DNA of 64,000 nucleotides, from assembly GCA_964188305.1 (NCBI GenBank), contig OZ076896.1; one strand, 5' to 3'. Every line of letters starts with the position of its first letter. Within the stretch, counting starts at the first letter, position 1. A program made the position numbers and the translations under genes. Under the pieces are notes generated by a model, which was not told the origin of the DNA, did no database searches, and saw nothing but the letters and a program-made list of their open reading frames with translations. This stretch comes from Podarcis bocagei (lineage: Eukaryota). This document shows positions 35,870 through 49,397 of the stretch, in pieces.

Positions 35870-36246
35870 TACCCATGAAAAAGAGGATGCATTCTGGAAA
35901 AAGAGAACATGGCTTCTCCTTAAAAAAACACCTGGGAATTCTAGTTTATCCTTCACAGGAGCATCATTCCCAGCTCCCTTAAAAACTACAGTTCCCAGGA
36001 TTCTTGGGGGGAAAGAACGTACTGTGAAGGAACAGTGTCTACACAGCCTAAGAAGGTCTAAATCAGGGACTGGGTCTCCAGATGTTTGACTACAATGCCC
36101 ATCAACCCTAACTATGATGGTTCAACATCATCTGGAGGGCCAAGCTGGTCCAAGAATAGTCAAAATGCTACATAAATACAAAAATATTAAAACTATGCTG
36201 CTCCCAGACTTAGTCCCTCTGTGTACAAATATATTTAATAATAATA

Positions 36247-37511
36247 TTTTTTATTGAATTTTCAATTTTACAAACAAAACAAACATTTTACATACTATTA
36301 AATATGCAGTGACTTGCCTCCCTCTCCTTCCTTTGTTCATTTTTATCTTCTCTTCCTGCATATTTTTTTGGGGGGGCGGGAGTTATTTTAAACATTTTTT
36401 TCCAGCTTATTATATATCATTTCCCAATATTCTTTTACCTTTTTACATGTCCACCACATATGAAAAAGTATGTTCCATTTCTTTACATTTCCAACACATA
36501 TCTGATTCTGATTTATACATCTTAGCTAAATACCATCTATGAATCATTTTCATATAATTCTCTTTCAGTGAATAACATACAGTAAATTTCAAATCGTATT
36601 TCCAAAGTTTCTCCCAGAGGTTTAAGTCTATATTATGCCCTATATCTATTGCCCAGTGTGTCATTGAAGTTTTAACTAACTTGTATAATTTTATACTAGA
36701 ATGGGAAACAAAAGACATTTTAGACAAATGTTTATCCTTGCTCTGTAATAATTCTCTTTCAAATTGTGAGCTTTGGTCCCAAACCTTATTTTTTAAATTT
36801 AGCTTAAACATCTCATTTAACTGGTAGTATTGTAACCAATCTGTGACTCAACTCCTTAAGTCTTCCATAGGTTCCAATCTGGGCTCCCTCCCTGTAAAAT
36901 CCAGTAGTTCCCTATAAGCCACCCATTGTCTATCCATATTAACTCTTTTAATTGTAATTGCTTCAATGGGAGATAACCATAGAGGTGTTTTCCTTTCCAA
37001 CAATTTTTTATACTTCTCCCAGACTCTATGTGGTTCGTAAAACTCTTATAAATTTTACCTTTCCTGTACCAAAGACAAACATGCCAGCCAAATTTTATGT
37101 CATGACCCTCCAGATCTAAAATGTCTGCATTTTCCAATACGATCCATTCTTTTAACCAATACAAGCATGCTGCTTCATAATACAATTGCAGGTCTGGCAG
37201 GGAAAGCCTCCTCTTTCTTTTAAATCTATCAAAATTTTGTGTTTAATTTCTGGCTCCCCCCCCCCCATCAGATAAATTTGGAGATGACTTTTTTCCATTC
37301 TTTGAGCCAACTTAAATTATTTACAATTGGGATTGATTGGAATAAAAACAATATCTTAGGTAATACATTCATTTTAATGGCTGAAATTCTGCCTAGCAAA
37401 GAAAGCTTCATCCTTCCCCAATCTGTGTCCAAATCTAAACAGAGAAGAATCTTTTCTTTTTTCTCAAACACTGCCTTGAAAGATTAACATTTTTGTTAGT
37501 TAGCTGTGTTC
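36247..37511 (-). mobile_element. Degraded 5'-truncated L1
   Basis: Frameshifted pieces [40 protein letters not shown] and CWKCKEMEHT; A-rich tail near 36247. Confidence 0.88.
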
Positions 37512-38473
37512 CTATGCTGCAGGATTGACAGTGACTTCTGTTCACATTACTCCATCTAAGGTATCAACATCTATACATGGATAATAGGCAGAAGGCTGTG
37601 GAGCTATTGTGAATTCACAACGCAACGCATATGGATGATTGCATGGGTCTTCCTCATGCAATTGCCACTCTATCATGAAGGGTACCTTAGAAGAATAAAC
37701 AGAAATTAGTCAGAAGAAGTTATCCTTTAGCAAATGCCTGAGGTTTATTTTGTTTTATTTTCGGAAAACTAGTCTTGAGATGTCTCACATTGGGAAAGGA
37801 TTATGAGTTTAAACTCCTGCCCTGTGGTAGTATCATCAATCATGGAGAATCTAATAATGTGCTTAGAAATGAGATCTTTGTAGACTGTGTAGAAGTGGTC
37901 AACATATTAAATTCTACAGGTTACTATTCTGTTTTTCCCATTGGAGGAAGGGTACTGTATACATAGATGGTTACTGAGATCCTGGGCTATTCCAATAGGT
38001 AAAACTTTCTGCTTCCTCATCATAAATATCAAGCCACTTTGAGGGAACACCACCTAACAGAGTTAGCTGAAGGAGAATCAAGTGAGGATAATTCAGCATA
38101 CATTGTCTCCAAATTGCCTGTTCGGCATGTGATGCTTCCAACCTGAAGCACCTAGAAGTCAGCAGAAAGATACCTCTTGATTTCAATGTGCTTTGGACTG
38201 AAATACGATTGCAAAGTATAATCAAGCAGACATAAATTGCATAGTGTCTGTATTAGCCGTGTCACATCATGGCCTTTTCTTAAGCTGCATGTGTATAATT
38301 TAGCTTGTCTTTGGTACAATTTTCATTTTGGAAGCTTTTGTGCTTACAGAGGCAACGCGTAAGGAAATATGAACCCCAAAATGGGAGAAACTTAACACTA
38401 TGGGTGATAACCAATATTAGTCATACTCCGAGTAGACGTGTTCTTTGATTTCAGTGAAACTATTCCTTAGTTG

Positions 38474-40356
38474 GGGGAAGCGGGTGGCACTGTGGGTTAA
38501 ACCACAGAGCCTAGGACTTGCCGATCAGAAGGTCGGCAGTTTGAATCCCCGCTATGGGGTGAGCTCCCATTGTTCGGTCCCAGCTCCTGTCAACCTAGCA
38601 GTTTGAAAGCACGTCAAAGTGCAAGTAGATAAATAGGTACTGCTCCGGCGGGAAGGTAAACGGCGTTTCCATGCACTGCTCTGGTTCGCCAGAAACGGCT
38701 TAGTCATGCTGGCCACATGACCCGGAAGCTGTACGCCGGCTCCCTCGGCCAATAAAGCGAGATGAGCGCCACAACCCCAGAGTCGGCCACAACTGGACAT
38801 TTCGAAATTTGTCTGGCAGGGCAAAAAGCCCAGAATAAAATTCAAAATACTGACAGATGCAAAAGAAAGAGGGGGATTTGCCCTGCCGGACTTAAAATTG
38901 TACTATGAGGCAGCAGCGTTTTGCTGGCTGAAAGAGTGGATGCTCCTCAAGAATACAGATATCTTGGACTTGGAAGGTTTTAATAATGTATTTGGTTGGC
39001 ATGCATATTTATGGTATGATAAAATCAAAGTGCATAGGGCCTTTAAAAATCATATTGTCAGAAAAGCTTTATATAATGTATGGATAAGATATAAAGATCT
39101 GTTGGAAAACAAAACCCATAGATGGTTGTCACCCTTGGAGGCTAAAGCATTAAAAAAGCTCAATATGGAGGCCGGATGGCCAAAGTATTGGGAAATTTTG
39201 GAACAAGAAGGAGATAAATTGAAGTTACAGAGTCATGAGAAATTGAAACCCAAGGTACGAGATTGGCTCCATTATTATCAAATAATGGAGGTGTACAAAC
39301 AAGATAGGAAAATTGGCTTCCAGGTGGAGAAATCAAAATTAGAAACTGAACTGTTAGAGCCCAATACTAAGAATTTATCAAGAATGTATAACTTGCTGCT
39401 GAAATGGAATACGCAAGATGAAACAGTCAAATCAGCTATGATTAAGTGGGCACAGGACATTGGTCATAACATCATGTTTACTGACTGGGAATGGTTGTGG
39501 AACACCGGGATAAAATTTACGGCATGTAATGCCTTAAAGGAAAATATTATGAAAATGATTTACAGGTGGTACATGACCCCAGTCAAGCTAGCAAAGATTT
39601 ATCATTTGCCTGACAATAAGTGTTGGAAATGTAAAGAATCTGAAGGTACTTTTTATCACCTTTGGTGGACGTGCCCAAAGATTAAGGCCTTCTGGGAAAT
39701 GATTTATAACGAAATGAAAAAGATACTTAAATGTACCTTTCCCAAGAAACCAGAGGCCTTCCTCTTGGGCATTGTCGGCCAATTGGTGCTAAAAGGAGAC
39801 AGAAACTTTTTTATGTACGCTACAACAGCAGCAAGAGTTCTCATCGCAAAGTATTGGAAGACACAAGACCTACCCACTTTGGAAGAATGGCAGATGAAAG
39901 TGATGGACTACATGACACTGGCTGAGATGACCGGCAGAATCCGTGATCGGGGGAAGGAGACGGCGGAAGAAGACTGGAAGAAGTTTAAAATTTATCTTAA
40001 GGACTATTATAAACTTGATGAATCTTAAAATGTCGAGGCTTTGAGAACGAAAGGGTTACAGTGATATAAGATTAGATTCAAGGAAAGATTAGGAAGACAT
40101 ATTTCGGATAGAACTATTTAAAAGTTGCTGAAAAACTTTGGACATTGGGATGCAGAAAGGGGGGGTATGGGGGAGTCCGAGAAACAAGGTTTATGAAAAA
40201 AGGTTATGAAAATTATACGTGTTTGTATGTCTTTTTTATATGTTTGTACTGTGTTAAAAAACTTTTGTAAAACTAATAAAAAATTTATAAAAAAAACAAC
40301 AACAGAGTCGGCCACAACTGGACCTAATGGTCGGGGGTCCGTCCCTTTACCTTTAA
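38474..40356 (+). mobile_element. Sauria SINE interrupted by an L1
   Basis: SINE body 38474-38798 and tail 40324-40356; 13-bp TSD TATTCCTTAGTTG at 38461-38473 and 40357-40369. Confidence 0.92.
38799..40302 (+). mobile_element. Young 5'-truncated L1 (uninterrupted 409-codon ORF2 C-terminus 38799-40028)
   Basis: KERGGFALPDLKLYYEAA motif, CCHC CWKCKESEGTFYHLWWTC, AATAAA plus A-rich tail; 21-bp TSD CAGAGTCGGCCACAACTGGAC. Confidence 0.93.
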
Positions 40357-40796
40357 TATTCCTTAGTTGACTATCACCCTGTGTTGTAAGGAAGAGATGT
40401 AGCTCAGAGGTGAAGCACTAGAATTGCATGCAAAATGTCTCTTAACATAGGGCTGGGCAGGGCAGGGGTGGGGTCTCTGGTCTGAAAGTCCTCAGCTGCT
40501 GCTGCTGCCAGCCCATGAAAACAATCTTGAGCTACATAGTCTGACTTGGCCTGCATTCAGATGGTAGTTTATTCCATTTCTGCAGTGTTTCCCTCTCTGT
40601 TAATTTCCACATTACATTTGAGCTTTCACATGATATAAAAGCAGCATCCACAAAATGAATACAGTGCATGTTTAGCACTCATTTCTGTGTCATCTGATTC
40701 CAAAAAGACAGAGCTATTTTAGCCCCCTAAAGCTGGAAAATCAAGCAAGTAAAATGGTGGACTTTGGGGGTAATATACGCTGTTCTTTCTTGCTGT

Positions 40797-41172
40797 GATG
40801 CAGGTGGTGCTGTGGTCTAAACCACTGAGCCTCTTGGGCTTGCCGATCGGAAGGTCAGTGGTTCAAATCCCCGCAATGGGGTGAGCTCCTGTTGCTCTGT
40901 CCCAGCTCCTGCCAACCTAGCAGTTCAAAAGCACACCAGTGCAAGTAGATAAATAGGTACCACTGTGGTGGGAAGGTAAATAGTGCTTCCATGTGCTCTG
41001 GTTTCCATCACAGTGTTCTGTTGCTCCAGAAGCAGTTTAGTCATGCTGGCCACATGACCCGGAAAGCTGTCTGTGTACAAACGCCGGCTCCCTCGCAGCG
41101 AGATGAGCGCCACAACCCCATAGTCGCCTTTGACTGCACTTAACCATTCAGGGGTCCTTTACCTTTACCTTT
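40797..41172 (+). mobile_element. Sauria SINE, second subfamily
   Basis: A/B-box head, core, (CCTTTA)n tail. Confidence 0.88.
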
Positions 41173-42791
41173 TGTTAACTTTCTTGCTGTTTTCATAGGG
41201 GAAACAGAAGCATGTATGAGCTGAAGGGATGAAGTTATCCATGCTTCTCGCTGTTATGTCACACCATGGTCACTGGTGTTGAATGAAATTTAGTACGACT
41301 TATCAGTATATTGGTTAAAAAAAGCCACAATTTCATAACACATATTACACCTTCTGCAAAGGGCTACATTAGATAGTCCATTCTTATACAAACCTAGGGA
41401 GTCCAGCCCTGATATAGTTTTATCTAGCTACAGAAAGGTATAATCTCTAATGGGAGAAAGGGGATGTACCTCCTTCATCAGTTTGTGCCTCCAACTTTTC
41501 CACACTAAAATAATGGCCTTTGTGAAAGGGTTACAGAGCCAATCTAAGTTCCCTATGGACAATCAACCTAGAATCGGTGATTCCAATTTAGTTTTCTCCT
41601 CTGTTGTAACCTCCATCCACATCCAAAATCTATTCTCCAGTTCATGAACATGCGCTATTGCATTTCTCTGTTGAAACACCCCATTGTACCTTAAAGAGGC
41701 TTTGTTTCTCTCAGCCCCCTTGTTTTGGGTTGTTATGCATAAAGCCTTTGCATGACCTCAGTTTGGAACTTGAGTGGATAGATTCTGCAAATATTGATTG
41801 CCAAAGAGCAATTGTTCTGTGCAGAATGGTAATTGGCAAAATCTCAAAATAAAAGTAGGGAGTAAGATCATTTTGATTGCTTTAATTCTGCCTGGCATGG
41901 TTAAATTCCTATAATGTCCCATATTTGATTGCCTTTATTCTTCCGGTTCCGGTGTCAGTCTATGAGACGCATTTGAAAAGAAAATGAATGACTATGGTCA
42001 TGTCTTCCACTGAATGCAGCAGATGGTTTTTGCTTACTGAGAGGGGGGAGCCCTAGAGTGGAATTTCCTTCATGCTCTCGTAGTTTGTATAGCGGGATGA
42101 AGTAGGTCACAGGGTTTGTTTGCCTAAAGCAGTCAGCGATCTTAAAGCTGCATTATCTTTTTACGCAGGCAGCAGTACATGCTAGTGTAAAACAAGTCAG
42201 CCAACTTCCATAATATGCACAAGCGCTACAGTGCTCTTATATAGGCAGTAGAATCATATAATTGTAGAGGTGGAAGGAATCACCAGAGTCATTTAGTCCA
42301 ACCCCCTGCAACCCATGGCCCTGAGATCAAGAGATTTATGCTCTGTTGACTGAGCTATCCCAGGATATAAGTATTTTAACACATTGCATAAACATTTGAC
42401 GTATTTTTTAAAAAGCTTCCTGGAAATTCTTTAATCATTACAAATCTGAAGCTTTGGAAACCGAGGAGCTGTTTCAGAGACAACTTTTGCAGCAGATGGG
42501 CAAGTTGTTTCAAAACAGATTGCTGTGCGTCATGTATAACTTGCTCACTAGTGAACTTCAAAACGATCAGCTGATAAAAATAAGCCAGGCTGTTAGGAAC
42601 CTATTCCATAATTCTTTGCATGTAAAGGAGGCAGAAGAGTTACAAAAGGCAACGCCTGAACTAACCGCCCCCCCAAAAAAAAACCCCTCAGAAGCTTCCT
42701 GTGAATTGTCAAGAAGAGCGCACCAGTTCTTGCACCACTGCTATCACAAATAATAATTAGGTCTGAATAAAATGCATCCCTCCGCGCAACG

Positions 42792-43490
42792 TTTATCTAT
42801 TTATTTTGCAGTATTAATACACTGCCTGGTGGCAATAAAACCACAGAGCGGATTGCCAAAAGAATGGAAGATAGAAGTATCGGTGGAAAACAGTTAAAAC
42901 AAGTATTTAAAACATTCCAAAAAAAATTTAAAATCAGCAACAAGGCAAAACCAGGTTAAAAGCTTCAAAATGTCTGCATAGGCTTGCCTAAACAAACATA
43001 TTTTTAACAGGCACCAGAAAGAGTACAGTGAAGGCATGTGCAGGGGCTGACACACCAAAGGATAGATTTCCATCTTTTGCACAGCAAATATTATGTGGCA
43101 CCTGACCTGTAAAACGGTGACGGTTCCTCAGATCAAAGCAGTGGAGTGGGCAAATGAGTCCCAAGATGTTATGGGCTTTATATACTAAGAGTAACAACCT
43201 GAACTTGACCCAGTAGCAGATAAGATTCTATTTGCAGGTCTCTAAGCAAAGGTGTTAGATGCTGACCCGGCCTCATTCCCCTCCAGCAATTGTGTCACAG
43301 CATTCTGCACTAACTGCAGCTTCTGGGCTAAGCACAGGTAAAGTCCCACAGAGAGAACACTGCAGCAACCCAATCCCGAAGTAGCCAAATCATGAACTAT
43401 TGTGGACAAGCTCTCCCAGTCCAAAAACGGTCACAGCTGCCATATCCATTGCAACCAGTAAATGGCATTTCTAGCTACTGAGGCTACCCA
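42792..43490 (-). mobile_element. Degraded L2-clade LINE 3' fragment
   Basis: Remnant ...TSGLGCCSVLSVGLYLCLAQKLQLVQNAVTQLL and LLVYKAHN. Confidence 0.7.
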
Positions 43491-45659
43491 GGTTTGTTAA
43501 AGGTGCTGGGAATTGTAGTTCTGTGAGGGGCACTTGGAGGGTCTGTGCCCCTGTTTTCCAGGGACAGTCCTGGGTTTATAGAAGCCATCCTGGTTTCTGA
43601 TTTGATCCCAGAATGTCCCACTTTTCCTTAGGACATCCCTATTTTCATCAGAGAAATGTTGGAGGGTATGCAGTTATGTGAACCCACCCCCAAGTCAAAG
43701 AGATAACTATACAACCTCCAGAAGACATCCACAGGCAGACCTGTATAGGGAAGTTATTTAAATGTTTAATGATTTATTATGTTTTTTTATATGTTGGAAG
43801 CCACCCAGAGTGGCAGGGGCAACTCAGTCAGATGGGCGGGGGGGTGTTGTTGTTGTTAAATAGGACACCCCTCTCTTCATCGGAAAAATGTTGAAGAGTA
43901 TGAAACTACAGTTCCCAGGATGGGGGGGGGGGTTGAGCAGCTGAATTCGAGGGAGAAGCAATTGCTTGTTGAAATACTAGTCCTGTTTGGCATCCAATCA
44001 TAGCCAAGGAACTAGGTTTCAACAAGCTCTGCCCAACTAGCACAAAAAACAAAACCCCTGCCACATTTTAATTAGTTAAACCGTAACGATGTTTTTCTCA
44101 GCTCTCACAAAACCAAATAATCATCGCGTGCTGCCTTCCTTTCATGCACGCCACCAATTCCGAAGCAACAATGGGCACAATCCACAGGGAATTTCTTCTT
44201 TATTTATTCCCGATAGGAATAAATAGAAGCTCTCGCTCCTCTCAGTACAGCGTGTGCAGAAGCAGCTGCCAATGCACTGGGGAGCAGGTTCGCGCTCATC
44301 TTGTCTCTCGCAAAGAGGAGCTTCTGCATCTCTGAGCATATTACGCCAGGCTGCGAGGAAAGGCCTGCGCAGAGGAGTGACCTATATTTGAAGGTCTGTG
44401 TGTATCTGTGCGTTCTGCTTGAATTAGAGAGTCATTAAAATGCCTCATCAAGCAGCATCAGTACCATGAATCTAGGCTCATATTTTACAGCCTAGTGAGA
44501 GGGGAACATATATAGATAAGGTCCTGCCTGCCTAGCTATCTCCCTCCTTTGTCATCTCATTTATAAAACACACACACACGTTGAGTGACATATTTATTTA
44601 CTCCTGTGTTAAATATTTATAAAAAGATGCATTGGAATTAGTCTTAATGCGTCGGAAACAATTCTGATTAATATGTCCTAGTTTCGCATCATAAAGCTGC
44701 CTTTCCCTAAATATCTCTGCATTAAAATCAGCTGGCTGCTGCGATAAGCTATCGCCTTCAGAGTCTCAGCCAGTTTAACTGAGTGGTGATCTCTGCAGGT
44801 TAGAAGCCCAAGCTTGAGCTTCTCTTTATAATAAATCGCTTGCGTTGCAGTTATGCACTCTGCACTCTTTGGCCATGCGTTCAGGTGATTATTTGCACTC
44901 AATAAACTGAGACATGAAGGTGTGCTTTAAGATCCCAGCTGATCCAAGCCTGCTAACCATAATTTCCCAGGGCAGATGCAATTGGAAACTATGGTTAATT
45001 GAAGACTTCCCAACTTATTAGAGCATGCGGAAAAGGGCAGTCCGAGGACAGACGACCCAGGCCAAAGGCTGATGCATGTATCTCAGTATGGGAAGACAGC
45101 CACTGATTAATTTAGGCCATTTTAGACTGTGGACAGTGGTCTTGTAGTGGAGGTAGGGAAGGGCTTTTTAGATAGACATATGCAGGGCTGTTTTGCAGCC
45201 AGAACTCACTGGAACTCAGTTCACTGGACCTCTCAGGCGGGCACCATTGCAAGAGAACAAGTGAGGCATTCAGAGTGAGTTCAGGCACCTCTTTTTCTGC
45301 AAAAATGGCCTTGCTGCCCTCCCCTCAAGTCTCATTATCCAGCTCTCAGGACTCTTCTCTTGTCACACCCCTCACCTGCCCTGCTCCACAGACTCCGAGT
45401 GCTTTTGCCTGGCTGTAATAATGTTTCTTGCTTGCCCGGATGGGTGATAAAGATAATGTGAATGTAGAAACAGTTGACGTTTGTGGGGGTGCAACATAGC
45501 CTATGGCTCAAATGTTGGGGCTTGTATTCATTGCCGCACCCCTTTTTGCCTCAAGCTCTGCCCCTGTGACGTTCCTTCCCACAAGGGGATGTTGCTGTTG
45601 GCCTGAAAACATTCCCAACCCGTGGAGTAGAGGACACTGAGCTAAAGAACCTCTGAAGA

Positions 45660-46690
45660 TGGTTGGGAAACTTCAGCTGGTACAGAATTCAGCAGCCAGG
45701 TTGCTCACCGGAGCAAGACGGTTTGAGCATATTACTCCGATCCTGGTCTGACTGCACTGGCTATCAATTAGTTTCTGGGCCCAATTCAAAGTGCTGGTTT
45801 TGACCTATAAAGCCTTAAATGGCTCAGGACCGCAATACCTCAAGGACCGCCTCTTTCCATATGAACCTACTGTCAGGAAAAAGCAGCAATGCAAGAGCGA
45901 GCTGCAAGTTGCTGGAATGCAAAACAGGATGTTGATGTTTGGGACTGTACTATTGGAACAAAGGGGCAGTCTATTCACTGTGCTGAGCACCGGATGTTAG
46001 CTCAGAGTGTCATCTGACCTGTACTGGAAGTACAGGGGTGGAGTTTTCTCTCTCTACTGTTGGAGACTGGAGAGTGCAGACATGTTTCTCTGTACTGCTG
46101 AAATGACAGAAATAAAGCGATGTAAATAGATTTCTGTCTGTCTCTTTCCCCCTCCCTGAGGGAGGCAGGGAGGAGGGAGGAGTTGGTGTGTCCCTCTCAC
46201 GCTTTGTGGGATCGCCGATAGTGACCTTGCCTGTATCCTGCCGGGAGACGCAGACGGGGAGGTCAGGCAGGATCTCAAGCCGAATGCCTGGAGAAAGGCC
46301 AGTTACCTCTGACTGCGGCTGAGAATCCGACACCTACCTGGACCCCGAGATCATCTTCTGAGGTCCTCCTTCGTGTGCCGCCTCCTCGAGATGTCCGGAA
46401 GGTGGCAACATCAGAATGGGCCTTTTCTGCAGTGGCTCCCCATCTATGGAATACTTTCCCCAGGGAAGTTCGCCTGGAGCCTTCATTGCACGCCTTTAGG
46501 CGTCAGTCAAAAACGTTCCTTTTTTACCAGGCCTTTGGTTGATCTGTTTGACATTCTATTCCCTTTTAAAATGTGGTTCTTTTCTTGGGGGGGGGGGGTT
46601 GTTGCGTTGATGTTTTTATTCTGATTGTACATGTGATCTTTTATGTGAACCACCCTGAGACCTCTGGGTATAGGGTGGTACATAAACTCG
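45660..46690 (+). mobile_element. L2-clade LINE 3' fragment interrupted by a solo LTR
   Basis: KLQLVQNSAARLLTG...LHWL...FKVLVLTYKALNGSGPQYLKDRLFPYEPT, resuming after 46337. Confidence 0.85.
45871..46332. mobile_element. Solo LTR (462 bp)
   Basis: TG...CA ends (TGTCAGGA / TCCGACA), 5-bp TSD CCTAC, internal AATAAA at ~46110. Confidence 0.82.
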
Positions 46691-48179
46691 AAGAAGAAAA
46701 AGAAGATGACGGCGATGACAAATACTGTATAAGGCTGTTTCATATGATCAATAGCACTCCCAAGCATATGCCTAAATGTTATATTCTTCACTACCCTGAA
46801 ATAAAGAGAGCTTCGGAGCTGGTTGAAGATTTAATTTCGAAGGATAGTTTGCCTAACCTGTTGGTGGCACTGTCACTGGCAGCTTGATGCTGACCCGTGA
46901 CAGACTTTTTTCCTTCCTCTTTTGCAGGATGCCCTCCCTGGTGAATCGGTTTCCATCATTATTAACGTTCCAGAAGAATTCAAAAACATTCCTGGTTGAC
47001 GCCTGAAAGATCCTGTCAACTGTGAAATAATTAGGTGTAGGTGATTGTTTTCAGTTGCTTTTAATTGTTTGAAATCTATATGTTTATTTTAATTGTATTG
47101 TTTTAAGCTCTTTTGTGTTGGCCACCCTGGAATTGCATCTATTATTGATCAATGTTATCATGATCATCATCATCACCATCACTATTATTAAATGTATTAG
47201 CTGCCCTTCCTGAGCAGGTCCCAGTGTGGGTTACAAGAAGCTAAAATTCAATATTAGAAACGCTTAAAACAAATGAGGCACAGGAATAGTATAGATTTAA
47301 TAAATAATGAATGAATGAATAATACAAAATGCAAAACTCTTTTCTGTCTAACAATCAATGGATCCCAGCAAGCTTTACATAAATTTAAGAGCTGGGCTGT
47401 AACTATTTATTTAGATGAAGGTTCCCAAACTATCCAGTTGGTGGACTAACAGAAAACTAAAATAAAAAGTAGCTAACTTGTGACTTTCAGCTGATAAGTG
47501 CCATATCTACAATGGAGTGGGGGGAAATAAGCTATAGCCTTGTTATGATGTAGTAGTAACGCCCAGAGGGGGTGCAGGCACTGAGGTTCAAAACTGAGGT
47601 GTTTATTAGCTAAGCAGGATACAATGATTAACAAATTAACAGGGGGCTCCCTGATGTTATAATTAGGATTGTTATCTTGAGATGTAATTAGGCCAAAGAG
47701 AACAGTGAAATTTTAAACAGGAGAAATGCTATATTAAGACTGTCAAACTGGTTGGGTGAAAATTAGCTCAGAGGATTTCAAGTATAAAGGAAGAGCTGCA
47801 TTAAAATATTTAAGAAAAAGAAAACAAGCAATCACAGAGAGCATATGGAAATCCTGGAGCTCTGGTGATTAGATCAAACCTGTACATTTCTGAATTAAAA
47901 TTAATCACCTCCTCAAGTATTTGGGGCAGAGCTGGACATGATGGTGGCAGGACCCAAATTGTATCATTTCAATTCTCTATAAAGGGGAGCATGTAAGTGT
48001 ATGAGGTGCACATTTTAAACACAGAATGCTCTGGGGGAAAGGACCAAATTATTTTGTTTCACTATTTGCTTAAAACATTTTTACATTTTTAAAAAATAAA
48101 AAAGCAACATAAATCAATTAAAGAAAAAAGAAAAAAGTTGGAGTTCTGCACAGTCATTTTCCACAAAAAGTGTCCACAA

Positions 48180-48350
48180 ATAGTCATAGAGTCATAGCAT
48201 TGTGGAGTTGGAAGGAACCCCAAGGGCCATCTAGTCCAACCCCCTTCAATGCAGGAATCTCAGCTAAAGCATCCATGACAGAGGACCATCCAACCTCTGC
48301 TTAAAAACCTCCAAGAGAGGAGAGTCCACAACATCCTAAGGGAGTCCATT
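48180..48350 (-). mobile_element. CR1 3' end fragment (shorter CR1 tails also at ~17905-17947 and ~23760-23830)
   Basis: CATAGAGTCATAG..GAGTTGGAAGGAACCCCAAGGGCCATCTAGTCCAACCCC. Confidence 0.75.
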
Positions 48351-49089
48351 CTCAGTGATTAAGGTGAAGCATAAGGAACCAGATGGTTCTTAAGTTCCTT
48401 TGGGCATAAATTGTTTAGACCTTTGTGAATTAACACAAGAACCCTGAACCTGGCCTGAATTAGATCTTTGAATCCAGACCTTAGATCTTTGAATCCAGAC
48501 TCAGGCTAAACAAAGAGAAATGTATCTTTCATTAAGCTGAACATAATTCTTGGGGCAAATAATCACACGACATGGACAAGTTCCAACCAACATTATGGAA
48601 TTGAGATTTTTTATTATTATTTTTTTTTTTAGAATGGTGAACTATCTAGGTTGATGCAGCATTTGCGAAATAAATTCATAGCATCATAACTAAACCTACA
48701 ACTTTAATCCACCATGTCCTGGTTTTTGAGGACAAGATCGAGAGGCTGCCTTTACAAAGGTAAAGTCCATGATTTCATGAAGTCTCATTGCTTTATGCCA
48801 CCAATAAATCCACAATGGTCAGGGCTGATGCAAGCAGTTGACGGACGCCAGTTGCATTTTGTTCCAGGAAAGATGATACACAAACTGAAGAAGACTATAC
48901 TGGTAGTGTTTGGAAATGCAAAGCTTTCTGCAGATACCTGCATGGTCTATCTTATTTCAGAAACTTTATAGAAAATAACTCTTTAGTGATCTTGATAAAA
49001 GGAATATATTTGGTCCAGGGACCATTACAGTGCCAATGTCTTCTAATAAGAATGAGATTCAACCCAGCAACCCTGATGGTGATGATGAT

Positions 49090-49397
49090 AATAATTTATT
49101 TATATCCCGCCTATCTGGCTGGGTTTCCCCAGCCACTCTGGGCAGCTCCCAACAGAATATTAAAAACACAATAAAACATCAAACATTAAAAACTTCCCTA
49201 AACAGGGTTGCCTTCAGATGTCTTCTAAAATCAGATAGTTGTTTATTTCCTTGACATCTGATGGGAGGGCATTCCACAGGGCAGGCGCCACTACCGAGAA
49301 GGCCCTCTGCCTGGTTCCCTGTAACCTCACTTCTCGCAGTGAGGGAACTGCCAGAAGGCCCTCGGAGCTGGACCTCAGTGTCCAGGCTGAACGATGG
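49090..49397 (-). mobile_element. L2-clade LINE 3' end
   Basis: ...FRRHLKATLFREVF* then the same 3' UTR as 8903-9052. Confidence 0.8.

Noticed and set aside
48460-48500. 21-bp tandem duplication (also an 11-bp one at ~21951)
   Set aside because: Ordinary slippage duplication with no spacers, so not CRISPR-like.
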